NCBI GenBank assembly: GCA_963717235.1
Contig: CAVQVQ010000003.1
Coordinates: forward strand, 310,260 to 374,259
DNA: 64,000 nt
Direction of reading: 5' to 3'
DNA from: an uncultured Solirubrobacterales bacterium
Lineage (GTDB): Bacteria; Actinomycetota; Thermoleophilia; Solirubrobacterales; 70-9
Shown here: positions 1 to 9,045 of the stretch, piece after piece
Numbering within the stretch: the stretch's first letter is position 1
Layout of the letters: every line of letters begins with the position of its first letter
The notes under the pieces: generated by a model
Databases searched by the model: none
What the model saw: the letters and a program-made list of their open reading frames with translations, nothing else
What the model was told of the DNA's origin: nothing
Position numbers and translations under genes: made by a program

Positions 1-973
1 GCCCGTGCTGTTCTACGGCATCGAGGCGCTGGTCGAAGCCGGAGTGACCGAGATCGGGATCGTCATCGCACCCGAGACCGGAGACGAGATCCGCGAAGCG
101 GTGGGAGACGGCTCCGCCTTCGGGGCCGGTGTGACCTACATCGAGCAGTCGGAGCCGGCCGGCCTGGCCCATGCGGTGCTCACCGCCGAGCCGTTCCTGG
201 GCGATTCTTCCTTCGTCATGTACCTCGGCGACAACCTGCTTCGCAACGGCATCGTCGACCTCGTCGAAGGCTTCGAGCGGGAGCGCCCCGACGCCTCGAT
301 CATGCTCACCCCGGTCGAGGACCCGAGTTCCTACGGTGTGGCCGAACTCGATGGCGAGAAGGTCGTCTCCCTGGTCGAAAAACCGGAGAATCCTCCGTCC
401 AACCTCGCTTTGGTCGGGGTCTACCTCTTCTCGCCGAAGATCATTGAAGCCTCCCGGCAGCTCGAGCCCTCATGGCGTGGGGAGCTGGAGATCACCGAGG
501 CGATCCAGTCCCTGATCGAGGCCGGCGGCGACGTGCGTTCCCGGATCGTCGGCGGCTGGTGGAAGGACACCGGCCGGCTCGACGACATGCTCGAGGCCAA
601 CCGGCTGGTCCTGGACGAGATCGTCTCTTCCAGCGAGGGCAGCAGTGAAGACTCCCGGCTCGAGGGTCGAGTCGTGCTCGAAGAGGGCGCGGTGGTCAGG
701 CGCTCGCTGGTCCGTGGCCCGGTGACGATCGGTCGCGACGCAGTGATCGAGGACTCCTACATCGGCCCCTACACCTCTCTCGGCGACCGGGTCGAGGTTC
801 GGAGGTCCGAGATCGAGCATTCGATCGTGCTCTCCGATTCGGTCGTCGAGGATCTCCCCAACCGGCTCGAGGCGAGCCTGCTCGGGCGGCGGGTGCGCGT
901 GGTCAAGAGCGACGGCCCCGCGCGCACGCTGAAGATGCTGGTCGGCGACCGCTCCGAGATCGAGCTCCTCTGA
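1..973 (+). CDS. rmlA: Glucose-1-phosphate thymidylyltransferase-like sugar nucleotidyltransferase, long form with C-terminal hexapeptide/beta-helix region; N-terminus cut by window edge
   Basis: ORF 5..973 stays open to position 2. Nucleotidyltransferase core motifs are present (GLAHAV, YLGDNL, YGVAE..VEKP). Repetitive V/I-G region at the C-terminus. Stop overlaps the rmlD start (TGATG). Confidence 0.8.
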   Translation, partial: PVLFYGIEALVEAGVTEIGIVIAPETGDEIREAVGDGSAFGAGVTYIEQSEPAGLAHAVLTAEPFLGDSSFVMYLGDNLLRNGIVDLVEGFERERPDASIMLTPVEDPSSYGVAELDGEKVVSLVEKPENPPSNLALVGVYLFSPKIIEASRQLEPSWRGELEITEAIQSLIEAGGDVRSRIVGGWWKDTGRLDDMLEANRLVLDEIVSSSEGSSEDSRLEGRVVLEEGAVVRRSLVRGPVTIGRDAVIEDSYIGPYTSLGDRVEVRRSEIEHSIVLSDSVVEDLPNRLEASLLGRRVRVVKSDGPARTLKMLVGDRSEIELL

Positions 974-1842
974 TGAAGATCCTGGTCACAGGTGCCTCGG
1001 GAATGCTCGGGCGGGACGTGATGCTGGCGGCCGACAATGCCGGCCACGAGGTCGGCGGCTACGACCATTCCGGCCTGGACGTGACCGACCCGGAGCGGCT
1101 TCGCCGCCGGATGAACATCGACCGGCCGGACGTGGTCATCAACTGCGCCGCCTGGACCGACGTGGACGGTGCCGAGAGCCAGGAAGAAGCAGCCTTCGAA
1201 GTCAACGCAACCGGCGCCGGCAACGTGGCCGCGGCCGCGGAGCAGGTCGGCGCCAAGGTGGTCTACGTATCCACCGACTACGTATTCAACGGTGGCAAGA
1301 CCGAGCCCTACGTGGAGACCGACCTGCCGGCGCCGATCTCCGCCTACGGGCGCACCAAGCTGGCCGGGGAACAGGCCACGATCGAAGCCAATCGCCGTTC
1401 CTTCGTGGTCAGGACCGCCGGCCTGTTCGGAATCGGCGGGCCCAACTTCGTCGACACCATGCTGAGGCTGGGCAAGGGCGGCGAGGTCCTGGTGGTCCAC
1501 GATCAGGTCACCTCGCCGACCTATACCTGGCACCTGGCCTACGGCCTCGTCAGGCTGCTCGACTCCGATTCATTCGGCCTCCATCACATGGCGGCCGGCG
1601 GCAGCTGCACCTGGTACGACTTCGCGCGGGAGATCTTCGAGCGCTCGGAAATGGAGGTCACGACCCTCGGTGCGACCAGTGACATGCTGGCCCGCGCGGC
1701 GGCCCGGCCGGCCAACTCGGCGCTGGCGAGCCAGATCCGCCACGCGATCGAACTGCCGAGCTGGCAGGACGGTCTGACCAGCTATCTGGCTCAGCGCGAA
1801 TCGACAGCGCGGGGCGAGCAGGGGGAGGGCGATTCCGAATGA
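973..1842 (+). CDS. rmlD: dTDP-4-dehydrorhamnose reductase
   Basis: 289 aa with N-terminal Rossmann motif ILVTGASGMLG and STDYVF..Y..TK catalytic region. Sits between rmlA and rmlB with 1-nt and 4-nt overlaps. Confidence 0.85.
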   Translation: MKILVTGASGMLGRDVMLAADNAGHEVGGYDHSGLDVTDPERLRRRMNIDRPDVVINCAAWTDVDGAESQEEAAFEVNATGAGNVAAAAEQVGAKVVYVSTDYVFNGGKTEPYVETDLPAPISAYGRTKLAGEQATIEANRRSFVVRTAGLFGIGGPNFVDTMLRLGKGGEVLVVHDQVTSPTYTWHLAYGLVRLLDSDSFGLHHMAAGGSCTWYDFAREIFERSEMEVTTLGATSDMLARAAARPANSALASQIRHAIELPSWQDGLTSYLAQRESTARGEQGEGDSE

Positions 1843-2837
1843 AGCTGCTGGTAACCGGTGGGGCCGGGTTCATCGGCTCGACCTTCGTCCGCAACCATCT
1901 CGAGAACAGCCCGGACGATGAAGTCGTAGTTCTCGACAAGCTGACCTACGCCGGAAACCGGGCCAACCTGGAGGGGCTCGCCGAAGACAGGCTGAGCTTC
2001 GTCCACGGAGACATCTGTGACCGCGAGTCGGTTCACGGCCTGGTCGCGGAATGCGATGCCGTCGTCAACTTCGCCGCCGAATCACATGTGGACCGCTCGA
2101 TCGAGGAGCCCGACGCCTTCATCCAGACCGACGTATTCGGGACCTTCGTCCTGCTGGAGGCGGCCCGCGACGCCGGCATCCGCCACCTTCAGATATCGAC
2201 CGACGAGGTCTACGGTTCGATCGCCGAAGGGTCCTTCACCGAGACTTCCCCGCTCGACCCTTCCTCCCCTTACTCGGCCTCCAAGGCCGGCGGCGACCTG
2301 CTGGTCTCGGCCTTTCGCCACACCTGGGACGTCGATTCGCTGATCGTCAGGGCCTCGAACAACTACGGGCCGCGCCAGCACCCGGAGAAGCTGATCCCGC
2401 TGGTCATCCTCAACGCGATCAACGGCGATGCGATCCCGGTCTACGGCGACGGGGCCCAGGTCCGCAACTGGCTCTTCGTGGAGGACTTCTGCCGGGCGAT
2501 CGACCTCGTGCTCGAGAAGGGCGAAACCGGCAGCGTCTACAACGTCGGTGGCCCCGACGAGCTGCCGAACATCGAGGTTGTCAACCGCGTTCTCGGGCTG
2601 ACCGGGCAGGACGAATCGCTGATCACCTACGTCGAGGACAGGCTGGGCCACGACCGCCGCTACTCGCTCGCTTCGGCCAGGGTCGAGGAGCTCGGCTGGA
2701 AGGCGCAGGTCGGGTTCGCCGAAGGGATCGAAAGGACGGTCTCCTGGTACCGCGACAACCCGCAGTGGTGGCAGCCACTTCGCTCGGGCGAGTACCGCGA
2801 GTACTACGAGCACCACTACGGCAGGAAGCTCTCCTGA
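1839..2837 (+). CDS. rmlB: dTDP-glucose 4,6-dehydratase
   Basis: 332 aa with TGGAGFIGS, STDEVYG and the YSASKAG (YxxxK) motif. ATGA overlap with rmlD. Confidence 0.9.
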   Translation: MKLLVTGGAGFIGSTFVRNHLENSPDDEVVVLDKLTYAGNRANLEGLAEDRLSFVHGDICDRESVHGLVAECDAVVNFAAESHVDRSIEEPDAFIQTDVFGTFVLLEAARDAGIRHLQISTDEVYGSIAEGSFTETSPLDPSSPYSASKAGGDLLVSAFRHTWDVDSLIVRASNNYGPRQHPEKLIPLVILNAINGDAIPVYGDGAQVRNWLFVEDFCRAIDLVLEKGETGSVYNVGGPDELPNIEVVNRVLGLTGQDESLITYVEDRLGHDRRYSLASARVEELGWKAQVGFAEGIERTVSWYRDNPQWWQPLRSGEYREYYEHHYGRKLS

Positions 2838-3385
2838 TGGCCCGACGGCTGGAGACCCGCATCGAGGGGCTCGCCCTGATCGAGCCCGAGGTACACGGCG
2901 ACGCACGTGGCTTCCTGGTCGAGTCCTTCCGGGCCGACAAGTGGGGTGAGCTCGGCGTAGACGTGGCCTTCGTCCAGCAGAACAGCTCCCGCTCGAGCCG
3001 GGGAACGCTGCGCGGACTCCACTTCCAGACCGTACCCGGACAGGCCAAGCTGGTCCGCTGCGCCCGGGGCGAGATCTTCGACGTAGCCGTGGACATGCGG
3101 CGGGATTCACCGACCTTCGGCCAGTGGGAGGGCCATGTGCTCGACGACCGCGAGCATCACCAGCTCTTCCTCCCGGTCGGCTTCGGCCACGGCTTCTGCG
3201 TGCTGAGCGAGACGGCCGACGTCTCGTACCAGCTGTCGAGCTACTACGACCCGCCTTTCGAGGCCGGTATCGCCTGGGACGACCCCGGCATCGGTATCGA
3301 ATGGCCGGTGGACGAACCCCTGCTCTCCGACAGGGACCGTTCCGCCCCGCGCCTGGCCGATATCGCCGACTCACTTCCTTTCTAG
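2837..3385 (+). CDS. rmlC: dTDP-4-dehydrorhamnose 3,5-epimerase
   Basis: ATG at 2837 lies inside the long ORF 2051..3385 and overlaps the rmlB stop. Cupin motifs are GDARGFLVESFR, RGLHFQ and GFGHGF. Confidence 0.9.
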   Translation: MARRLETRIEGLALIEPEVHGDARGFLVESFRADKWGELGVDVAFVQQNSSRSSRGTLRGLHFQTVPGQAKLVRCARGEIFDVAVDMRRDSPTFGQWEGHVLDDREHHQLFLPVGFGHGFCVLSETADVSYQLSSYYDPPFEAGIAWDDPGIGIEWPVDEPLLSDRDRSAPRLADIADSLPF

Positions 3386-3438
3386 AGGCCCGCTGCCGCA
3401 GCCGGGCCCGGCCGGGGTCTAACCTCCGGGGGTTAACC

Positions 3439-6400
3439 ATGGCCGCGAAACCGACCCAGGATCCACTCTCTCCGTTCAGCCCCGAGGTCCGTCGCTGGTT
3501 CGAGGCATCCTTCGAGGCGGCGACACCGGCGCAGGGTGAAGGCTGGCGCGCGATCTCCTCCGGCGAGCACACCCTGATCTGCGCGCCGACCGGCTCCGGA
3601 AAGACCCTCGCGGCCTTCCTCTGGGGCATCGACAGCCTCGCCCGGCGCCCCGATCGCGAGCCCGGGGTCAAGCTGATCTACGTCTCGCCTCTGAAGGCGC
3701 TCTCCTACGACATCGAGCGCAACCTCAAGGCCCCGCTGCGAGGGGTCGGAGCCGAGATCTCGGTCGCGCTGAGGACGGGCGACACGCCCCAGTCCGAGCG
3801 GGCCCGGATGCGGCGCAGCCCGCCCGACATCCTGATCACCACCCCCGAGTCGCTGTACCTGATGATCTCCTCGGGAGCGAGGGAGATCTTCCACTCGGTC
3901 GAGACCGTCATCGTCGACGAGATCCACGCCGTCGCCGCGACCAAGCGCGGCGCCCACCTGGCGATGACCCTCGAGCGGCTCGAACACCTGGTCCGCTTCG
4001 GGACCGGTGGCGACGATGGCGCTGGCGAGGGTGCCGCTGTCGGGGGGACCGGTAACGACGCCGGGCCAAGCCCCGACCCCGGACGCTCGGTCCAGCGCAT
4101 CGGGCTGTCGGCGACCCAGCGTCCGCTGGAGCGGGTCGGCCGCTTCCTGGTCGGACCGGACCGCAAATGCACGATCGTCGACAGCGGCCGGCGCAAGGAA
4201 CTCGACCTCGAGATCGTCGTGCCGCTCGAGGACATGAGCAACCCCGGGCAGGTCGAGGCCGAAGGGGAAGGATCCGGAGTCGAACAGATCCGCTCGATCT
4301 GGCCGGCGATCTACCCGGAGCTGCTCGACCTGGTCAGACAGCACACCTCGACCATCATCTTCGTCAACAACCGCCGCGCCGCCGAGCGCCTGGCCCAGCG
4401 GCTCAATGAACTCGACGAGCAGGGTGAGACCGGCGAGGACCCTCACCCCACCGCCACAGAAACCGCCACCCCGGAAAAGGTGGACCAGGAAGCCGCCGCG
4501 GGGCAGGGCGGAGGTGACCCGGCCGGAGCGGAGCTGCCCCTGGCCCGGGCCCACCACGGCTCGCTCTCCCACGAGGAACGCACCCAGGTCGAGGAGCAGC
4601 TCAAGTCCGGCCAGATCCCCTGCCTGGTCGCCACCTCTTCGCTCGAACTGGGAATCGACATGGGCGCGGTCGACCTGGTGATACAGGTCGAGTCACCGAA
4701 GTCGGTCAGTCGCGGCCTGCAGCGGATCGGCCGGGCCGGCCACGGCCTGGGCGAGGTGTCCAAGGGGCGGATCTTCCCCAAGTTCCGCGGCGACCTGCTG
4801 GAGAGCGCCGTGGTCACCCAGCGCATGCGGGAGGGCGAGATCGAAGAGACGGTGATCCCGGCCAACCCGCTCGACGTGCTCGCCCAGCACCTGGTTTCGA
4901 TGGCGGCCCTGGACAAGTGGCAGACCGACGAAGCGCTCCGGCTGGCCAAGGCCACCGCCCCCTTCGCCGAGATCACCCAGGAGCTGTTCGAGAACGTGCT
5001 CGACATGCTCGACGGCCGCTACCCCTCCGACCGCTTCGCCGAACTGCGGCCGCGGCTGGTCTGGGACCGGACCGAAGGCACGATCGAGGGCCGCAAAGGA
5101 GCCCGTTCGCTCGTCGTCACCAACGCCGGCACGATCCCCGACCGCGGGCTCTACGGGGTCCACCTGCCCGACGGCCGCCGGGTCGGCGAGCTCGACGAAG
5201 AGATGGTCTACGAAGCGAGGGCCGGTCAGGTATTCCTGCTCGGGGCATCCAGCTGGCGGATCCAGGAGATCACCCGCGACCGGGTGATCGTGATCCCGGC
5301 ACCCGGAGTTCCGGGGGCGATCCCCTTCTGGCGCGGCGACGGCATCGGACGGCCGGCCGAGCTGGGCGAGGCGATCGGTGCCTTCAGCCGGGAGGCGGTC
5401 GATTCCGACCCGGCCGACCTGGAGAAGTCCCACCACCTCGACCCCCTGGCCGCGCGCAACCTGGTCGCCTACCTGCGGGAACAGCAGGAGGCGACCCGGG
5501 TGGTCCCTTCCGATACGACCATCGTGATCGAGCGCTTCCGCGACGAGATCGGCGACTGGCGGCTATGCCTGCTCTCTCCCTTCGGCGGCCGGGTCCACTC
5601 GGCCTGGGGCATGGCCATCGCCCGCAAGCTGCGCGACGAAGAAGGGCTCGAGGTCGACGCGATCTACTCCGACGACGGCATCGCGATCCACCTGCCCGAC
5701 GCCGACGAGCCTCCCTCCGGCGACCTGGTGATGATCGAGCCCGACGAACTCGAAGAACTCGTCGTGCGCGAGCTCGGCACCTCGGCCCTGTTCGGCGCCC
5801 GGTTCAGGGAGAACGCCGCCCGCTCGCTGCTGATCCCGCGCGCCTATCCGGGCAAGCGGACTCCGCTCTGGCAGCAGCGGCTCAAGTCGCAGAGCCTGCT
5901 CGAGGTTGCCCAGGACTTCCCCCGCTTCCCGGTGATCCTCGAGACCTACCGCGAGTGCCTCCAGGACGTCTTCGACCTGCCGGCGCTCGACCGGCTGCTG
6001 CGCGGCATCCACTCGCGCGAGATCTCGCTGGTCGAGGTTGAGACCCCGACCGCCTCGCCTTTCGCTTCGTCCCTGCTCTTCGACTACGTCGCGACCTACA
6101 TGTACGAAGGGGATACGCCGAACGCCGAGCGGCGCGCGACCGCCCTCTCGCTGGATCGCGAGCTGCTCCGGGAGCTGCTCGGCCAGGACGAACTGCGCGA
6201 GCTGATCGAGCCGGACGCGCTGCTCGAGGTCGAGGAGTCCCTTCAGCACCTGAGCGAGCACGGGAAGGCCGAGGACCGCGACGCCCTCCAGCAGATCCTG
6301 CGGCGGCTGGGTGACCTGACCATCGAGGAGATCGAAGCCAGGGTGGCCGCGGGCTACTCCGGGCGCTCGATGATCGACAACCTGGTCAGGGAGCGGCGCG

Positions 6401-7998
6401 CGGCCGAGGTCAGGGTCAACGGTGAGGCCCGCTTCATCGCGGCCGAGGACGCGGGCATGTACCGCGACGCGCTGGGGGTCTCCCCGCCCGGGGGCCTGCC
6501 CGCTTCCTGCCTGGAAGAGAAGCCGGAGCCGCTGGCCGGCCTCTTCGCCCGCTACGCCCGCACCCACGGACCGTTCCCGACCGCCCAGCTTCGCGCCAGG
6601 TACGGAGTCGACCCGACCGCCGTTCTGAAGCAACTGGAGTCCGAGGGGGTCCTGGTCCGCGGAGAGATCCTGCCCGGCGGCAGCGAGCGCGAGTGGTGCG
6701 AGGCCGACGTGCTGCGCCGGGTGCGCCGGGCCAGCCTCGCCCACCTGCGCCAGGAGGTCGAACCGGCCGACTCCCGGACCTACGCCCGCTTCCTCGCTTC
6801 CTGGCAGGGAGTCGACCGCTACCGGCGGGCCGGGGCCGGACCGGACCGGCTGCGCGAGGTCCTGGTGCCACTCCAGGGCGTGGCGCTCACGCCGGCGGTC
6901 TGGGAGCGCGACGTCCTGCCCCGCCGGGTCGGCAGCTACAGCCGCAACTGGCTCGACGAGCTCTGCACCAGCGGCGAGGTCGTCTGGATCGGAGCCGGGG
7001 CGATCGGCCGCAGCGACGGCCGGGTCGCGCTCTACTTCCGCGAGGACGTTCGCCTGGCCGGACCGCCGCCCTCGAACTCGAAGCTGGTGGCCCCCGAGGG
7101 CCCGGTCCACGACGCGATCCGCCAGCGACTCGATGCGGGCCCGACCTTCTGGCTCGACATCGTCGCCGAGCTCGACCACCCTCCCGAGGAGCTCCACTCC
7201 GCGATCTGGGACCTCGCTTTCGCCGGCGAGGCGACCAACGACTCCTTCGCCCCACTGAGGGCGCCGCGGCTGCGCGCGGTGCCGAAGGGCGGCTCCCGCG
7301 GGCGGCGCTTCTCCCGCCGCCGGGCTTCGGCGGGCCCGACCGTCCAGGGCCGCTGGTCGCTGACCGCGCCCCTGTTCAGGAACGCACCCGCGGTCGGGCC
7401 GAGGCTGCGGGCCCAGGCCGAGCTGATGCTCGAGCGGCACGGCATCCTGACTCGCGAGATGGCGTTGGCCGAAGGGGTGCCCGGTGGTTTCTCGACGCTC
7501 TACCCGGAGCTCTCCAACCTCGAAGTTCTCGGCTCGGCCCGGCGCGGCTACTTCATCGAAGGACTGGGCGGGGCCCAGTTCGCCCTGGCCGGGGCGGTCG
7601 AGCGCCTGCGCTCGCAGTCGACCGACGACGAGGAGCTGATGATCCTCGCCAGCACCGACCCGGCAAACCCCTACGGCGCGACCCTGAAGTGGCCCAGGCT
7701 GGAAAGCCGCCGGCGCCCTTCGCGGACTCCGGGCTCCTTCCTGCTGATGCGTGCCGGTGAGCCACTGCTCTTCCTCGAGAAAGGCGGCAAGGGCATGCTG
7801 CGCCTGGTCCCGGGTCTGGAGGGCGAAGAGCTTTCCGGCCTGCTGGCAGCCTTCGTCGAAGCCGCCGGCGCAGGCAGGATCCCGCCACTCAGGATCGAGC
7901 GCTTCGACGGCGAACCGCTGATCGGCTCGGAGTTCGAGCCGCTGCTCCTGGAGGCCGGCTTCAGCCGCCAGCCGCGCAAGATGGTCGTCCCGGCTTGA
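3439..7998 (+). CDS. lhr: Lhr-type ATP-dependent DExH helicase, long form (about 1519 aa) with extended C-terminal domain
   Basis: ATG at 3439 gives MAAKPTQDPLSPFSPEVRRWF. Motif I is APTGSGKT, motif II is VDEIH, and HHGSLS plus the ATSSLELGID helicase C region follow. The 105 codons upstream in ORF 3124.. are Arg-rich shadow sequence overlapping rmlC. Confidence 0.9.
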   Translation: MAAKPTQDPLSPFSPEVRRWFEASFEAATPAQGEGWRAISSGEHTLICAPTGSGKTLAAFLWGIDSLARRPDREPGVKLIYVSPLKALSYDIERNLKAPLRGVGAEISVALRTGDTPQSERARMRRSPPDILITTPESLYLMISSGAREIFHSVETVIVDEIHAVAATKRGAHLAMTLERLEHLVRFGTGGDDGAGEGAAVGGTGNDAGPSPDPGRSVQRIGLSATQRPLERVGRFLVGPDRKCTIVDSGRRKELDLEIVVPLEDMSNPGQVEAEGEGSGVEQIRSIWPAIYPELLDLVRQHTSTIIFVNNRRAAERLAQRLNELDEQGETGEDPHPTATETATPEKVDQEAAAGQGGGDPAGAELPLARAHHGSLSHEERTQVEEQLKSGQIPCLVATSSLELGIDMGAVDLVIQVESPKSVSRGLQRIGRAGHGLGEVSKGRIFPKFRGDLLESAVVTQRMREGEIEETVIPANPLDVLAQHLVSMAALDKWQTDEALRLAKATAPFAEITQELFENVLDMLDGRYPSDRFAELRPRLVWDRTEGTIEGRKGARSLVVTNAGTIPDRGLYGVHLPDGRRVGELDEEMVYEARAGQVFLLGASSWRIQEITRDRVIVIPAPGVPGAIPFWRGDGIGRPAELGEAIGAFSREAVDSDPADLEKSHHLDPLAARNLVAYLREQQEATRVVPSDTTIVIERFRDEIGDWRLCLLSPFGGRVHSAWGMAIARKLRDEEGLEVDAIYSDDGIAIHLPDADEPPSGDLVMIEPDELEELVVRELGTSALFGARFRENAARSLLIPRAYPGKRTPLWQQRLKSQSLLEVAQDFPRFPVILETYRECLQDVFDLPALDRLLRGIHSREISLVEVETPTASPFASSLLFDYVATYMYEGDTPNAERRATALSLDRELLRELLGQDELRELIEPDALLEVEESLQHLSEHGKAEDRDALQQILRRLGDLTIEEIEARVAAGYSGRSMIDNLVRERRAAEVRVNGEARFIAAEDAGMYRDALGVSPPGGLPASCLEEKPEPLAGLFARYARTHGPFPTAQLRARYGVDPTAVLKQLESEGVLVRGEILPGGSEREWCEADVLRRVRRASLAHLRQEVEPADSRTYARFLASWQGVDRYRRAGAGPDRLREVLVPLQGVALTPAVWERDVLPRRVGSYSRNWLDELCTSGEVVWIGAGAIGRSDGRVALYFREDVRLAGPPPSNSKLVAPEGPVHDAIRQRLDAGPTFWLDIVAELDHPPEELHSAIWDLAFAGEATNDSFAPLRAPRLRAVPKGGSRGRRFSRRRASAGPTVQGRWSLTAPLFRNAPAVGPRLRAQAELMLERHGILTREMALAEGVPGGFSTLYPELSNLEVLGSARRGYFIEGLGGAQFALAGAVERLRSQSTDDEELMILASTDPANPYGATLKWPRLESRRRPSRTPGSFLLMRAGEPLLFLEKGGKGMLRLVPGLEGEELSGLLAAFVEAAGAGRIPPLRIERFDGEPLIGSEFEPLLLEAGFSRQPRKMVVPA

Positions 7999-8058
7999 CC
8001 GAGGGGTGCCAGGAGCCAGGCTCGCGTGATGGTCGTCCCGGCTCGACCGAGGGGTGTC
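7981..8058 (+). repeat. Imperfect tandem duplication: 30-bp unit at 7981-8010 and 8029-8058, period 48 bp, 28/30 identical, spanning the lhr stop codon and the 5' end of the nei ORF
   Basis: Copy 1 is atggtcgtcccggctTgaccgaggggtgCc and copy 2 is atggtcgtcccggctCgaccgaggggtgTc. The lhr TGA (7996-7998) corresponds to CGA (8044-8046) in copy 2. Confidence 0.85.
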
Positions 8059-8061
8059 AGA

Positions 8062-8829
8062 TTGGCTGAGGGCGATTCGATCGTCAGGATGGCCAGGCTG
8101 ATCGAGTCGGCCTTCGACGGCCGCGAGGTCGAGCGGGCGCAGGCACCGAATCCTAGGAGCCCGCTGCGCTCGACCGCGGGCCGGCTGGTCGGCCACGGAC
8201 TGAGTGGCACGGAGACCCGCGGCAAACACCTGCTGCTCCACTTCGACTCCGACCTGACCCTCCACGCCCACATGGGCATGGTCGGCGGCTGGTACGCCTA
8301 CCGTCCGGGGCAGCGCTGGCGAAAGCCCCGCCGATCGGCCTGGCTGATCCTCGACCTCGGTGGGGTCGAGGTCGTCGAGTACGGAGGCCCGACCCTGCGG
8401 CTGGTCCGCCCGGCCGGGCTCAACCGGGACAGCCGGCTGGCGCTGCTCGGACCCGACATCCTCGGTGGTCCGGAAGCGGTCGCTGTGGCGGCGGCGAACG
8501 TGGCTGCAGCCGGCCCGGTCGAGCTCGGAGAGGCCCTGCTGAACCAGCGCCTGGTCTGCGGCATCGGCAACATCTTCAAGAGCGAAGCCTGCTTCGAGGC
8601 CGGTCTTGATCCGTGGCGGCCTGCGGAGAGCTTCGATCCGGCCGAGATCCGGTCGCTGATGGCGATCGCCTCGAAGCAGATGGAGCGCGGGGTGGAGACC
8701 GGCCGGCGACCGGGCCGGATCTACAGAAAGGCCGGCCGACCCTGCCCCGGCTGTCGCGGCCCGATCCGCTCCCGCGGCCAGGGGGATGACAACCGCACCA
8801 CCTACTGGTGTCCCACCTGCCAGACCTGA
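8062..8829 (+). CDS. nei: Fpg/Nei-family DNA glycosylase / endonuclease VIII-like (Nei2-like), non-canonical N-terminus
   Basis: TTG at 8062 is preceded by GAGGGG (8049-8054) and gives (M)AEGDSIVR, aligning with the MPEGD start of the Fpg/Nei family. RGKHLLLHF, the H2TH region NIFKSEACF and a C-terminal zinc finger CPGC..CPTC are present. The ORF track starts at 8026 (GTG) or 8029 (ATG), 11-12 codons upstream. Confidence 0.75.
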   Translation: MAEGDSIVRMARLIESAFDGREVERAQAPNPRSPLRSTAGRLVGHGLSGTETRGKHLLLHFDSDLTLHAHMGMVGGWYAYRPGQRWRKPRRSAWLILDLGGVEVVEYGGPTLRLVRPAGLNRDSRLALLGPDILGGPEAVAVAAANVAAAGPVELGEALLNQRLVCGIGNIFKSEACFEAGLDPWRPAESFDPAEIRSLMAIASKQMERGVETGRRPGRIYRKAGRPCPGCRGPIRSRGQGDDNRTTYWCPTCQT

Positions 8830-8913
8830 ACCGCCTGAGCTGCCACCGGGCGCAATCGCCACAAGGCGTTCCTGCCGCGCCGGGCACCCGTACCGGTCCC
8901 CGCGACCAACCGT

Positions 8914-8960
8914 GTCTGGCCACGATCTGAATCCCCTATGGACGCAGATCGTGGCCAGAC
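8914..8960. terminator. Perfect 16-bp inverted repeat (gtctggccacgatctg / cagatcgtggccagac) with a 15-nt loop between nei and the Crp-family gene
   Basis: Read directly. There is no U-tract, so this is a possible factor-independent terminator of the lhr-nei unit or a regulatory/RNA hairpin. Confidence 0.4.
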
Positions 8961-9045
8961 CTGCGGTGAGCCGAGCCCCTGGTTCCGTGACAACGCATGC
9001 GAAGCTCCGACCTGATGCCTCGGTATCAGCGCATCAGGTGCGGCG

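Noticed and set aside
3124-3438. N-terminal extension of the Lhr ORF, and similar extensions at 16337, 14921, 29335, 36882 and 53626
   Set aside because: The extensions overlap neighbouring genes or terminators, are Arg-rich, and lie upstream of better start codons with SD sequences or with homology-supported N-termini.
2082-3671. 529-aa minus-strand ORF and the 444-aa plus-strand ORF 2051..3385
   Set aside because: These are shadow frames over rmlB, rmlC and the lhr 5' end. Only the last 182 codons of 2051..3385 (from ATG at 2837) are real; they encode rmlC.
5563-8862. 1099-aa ORF on the minus strand
   Set aside because: It is fully antisense to lhr and nei. The translation is Arg/Gly/Ala-rich shadow sequence with no motifs, a typical long antisense ORF of a high-GC genome.
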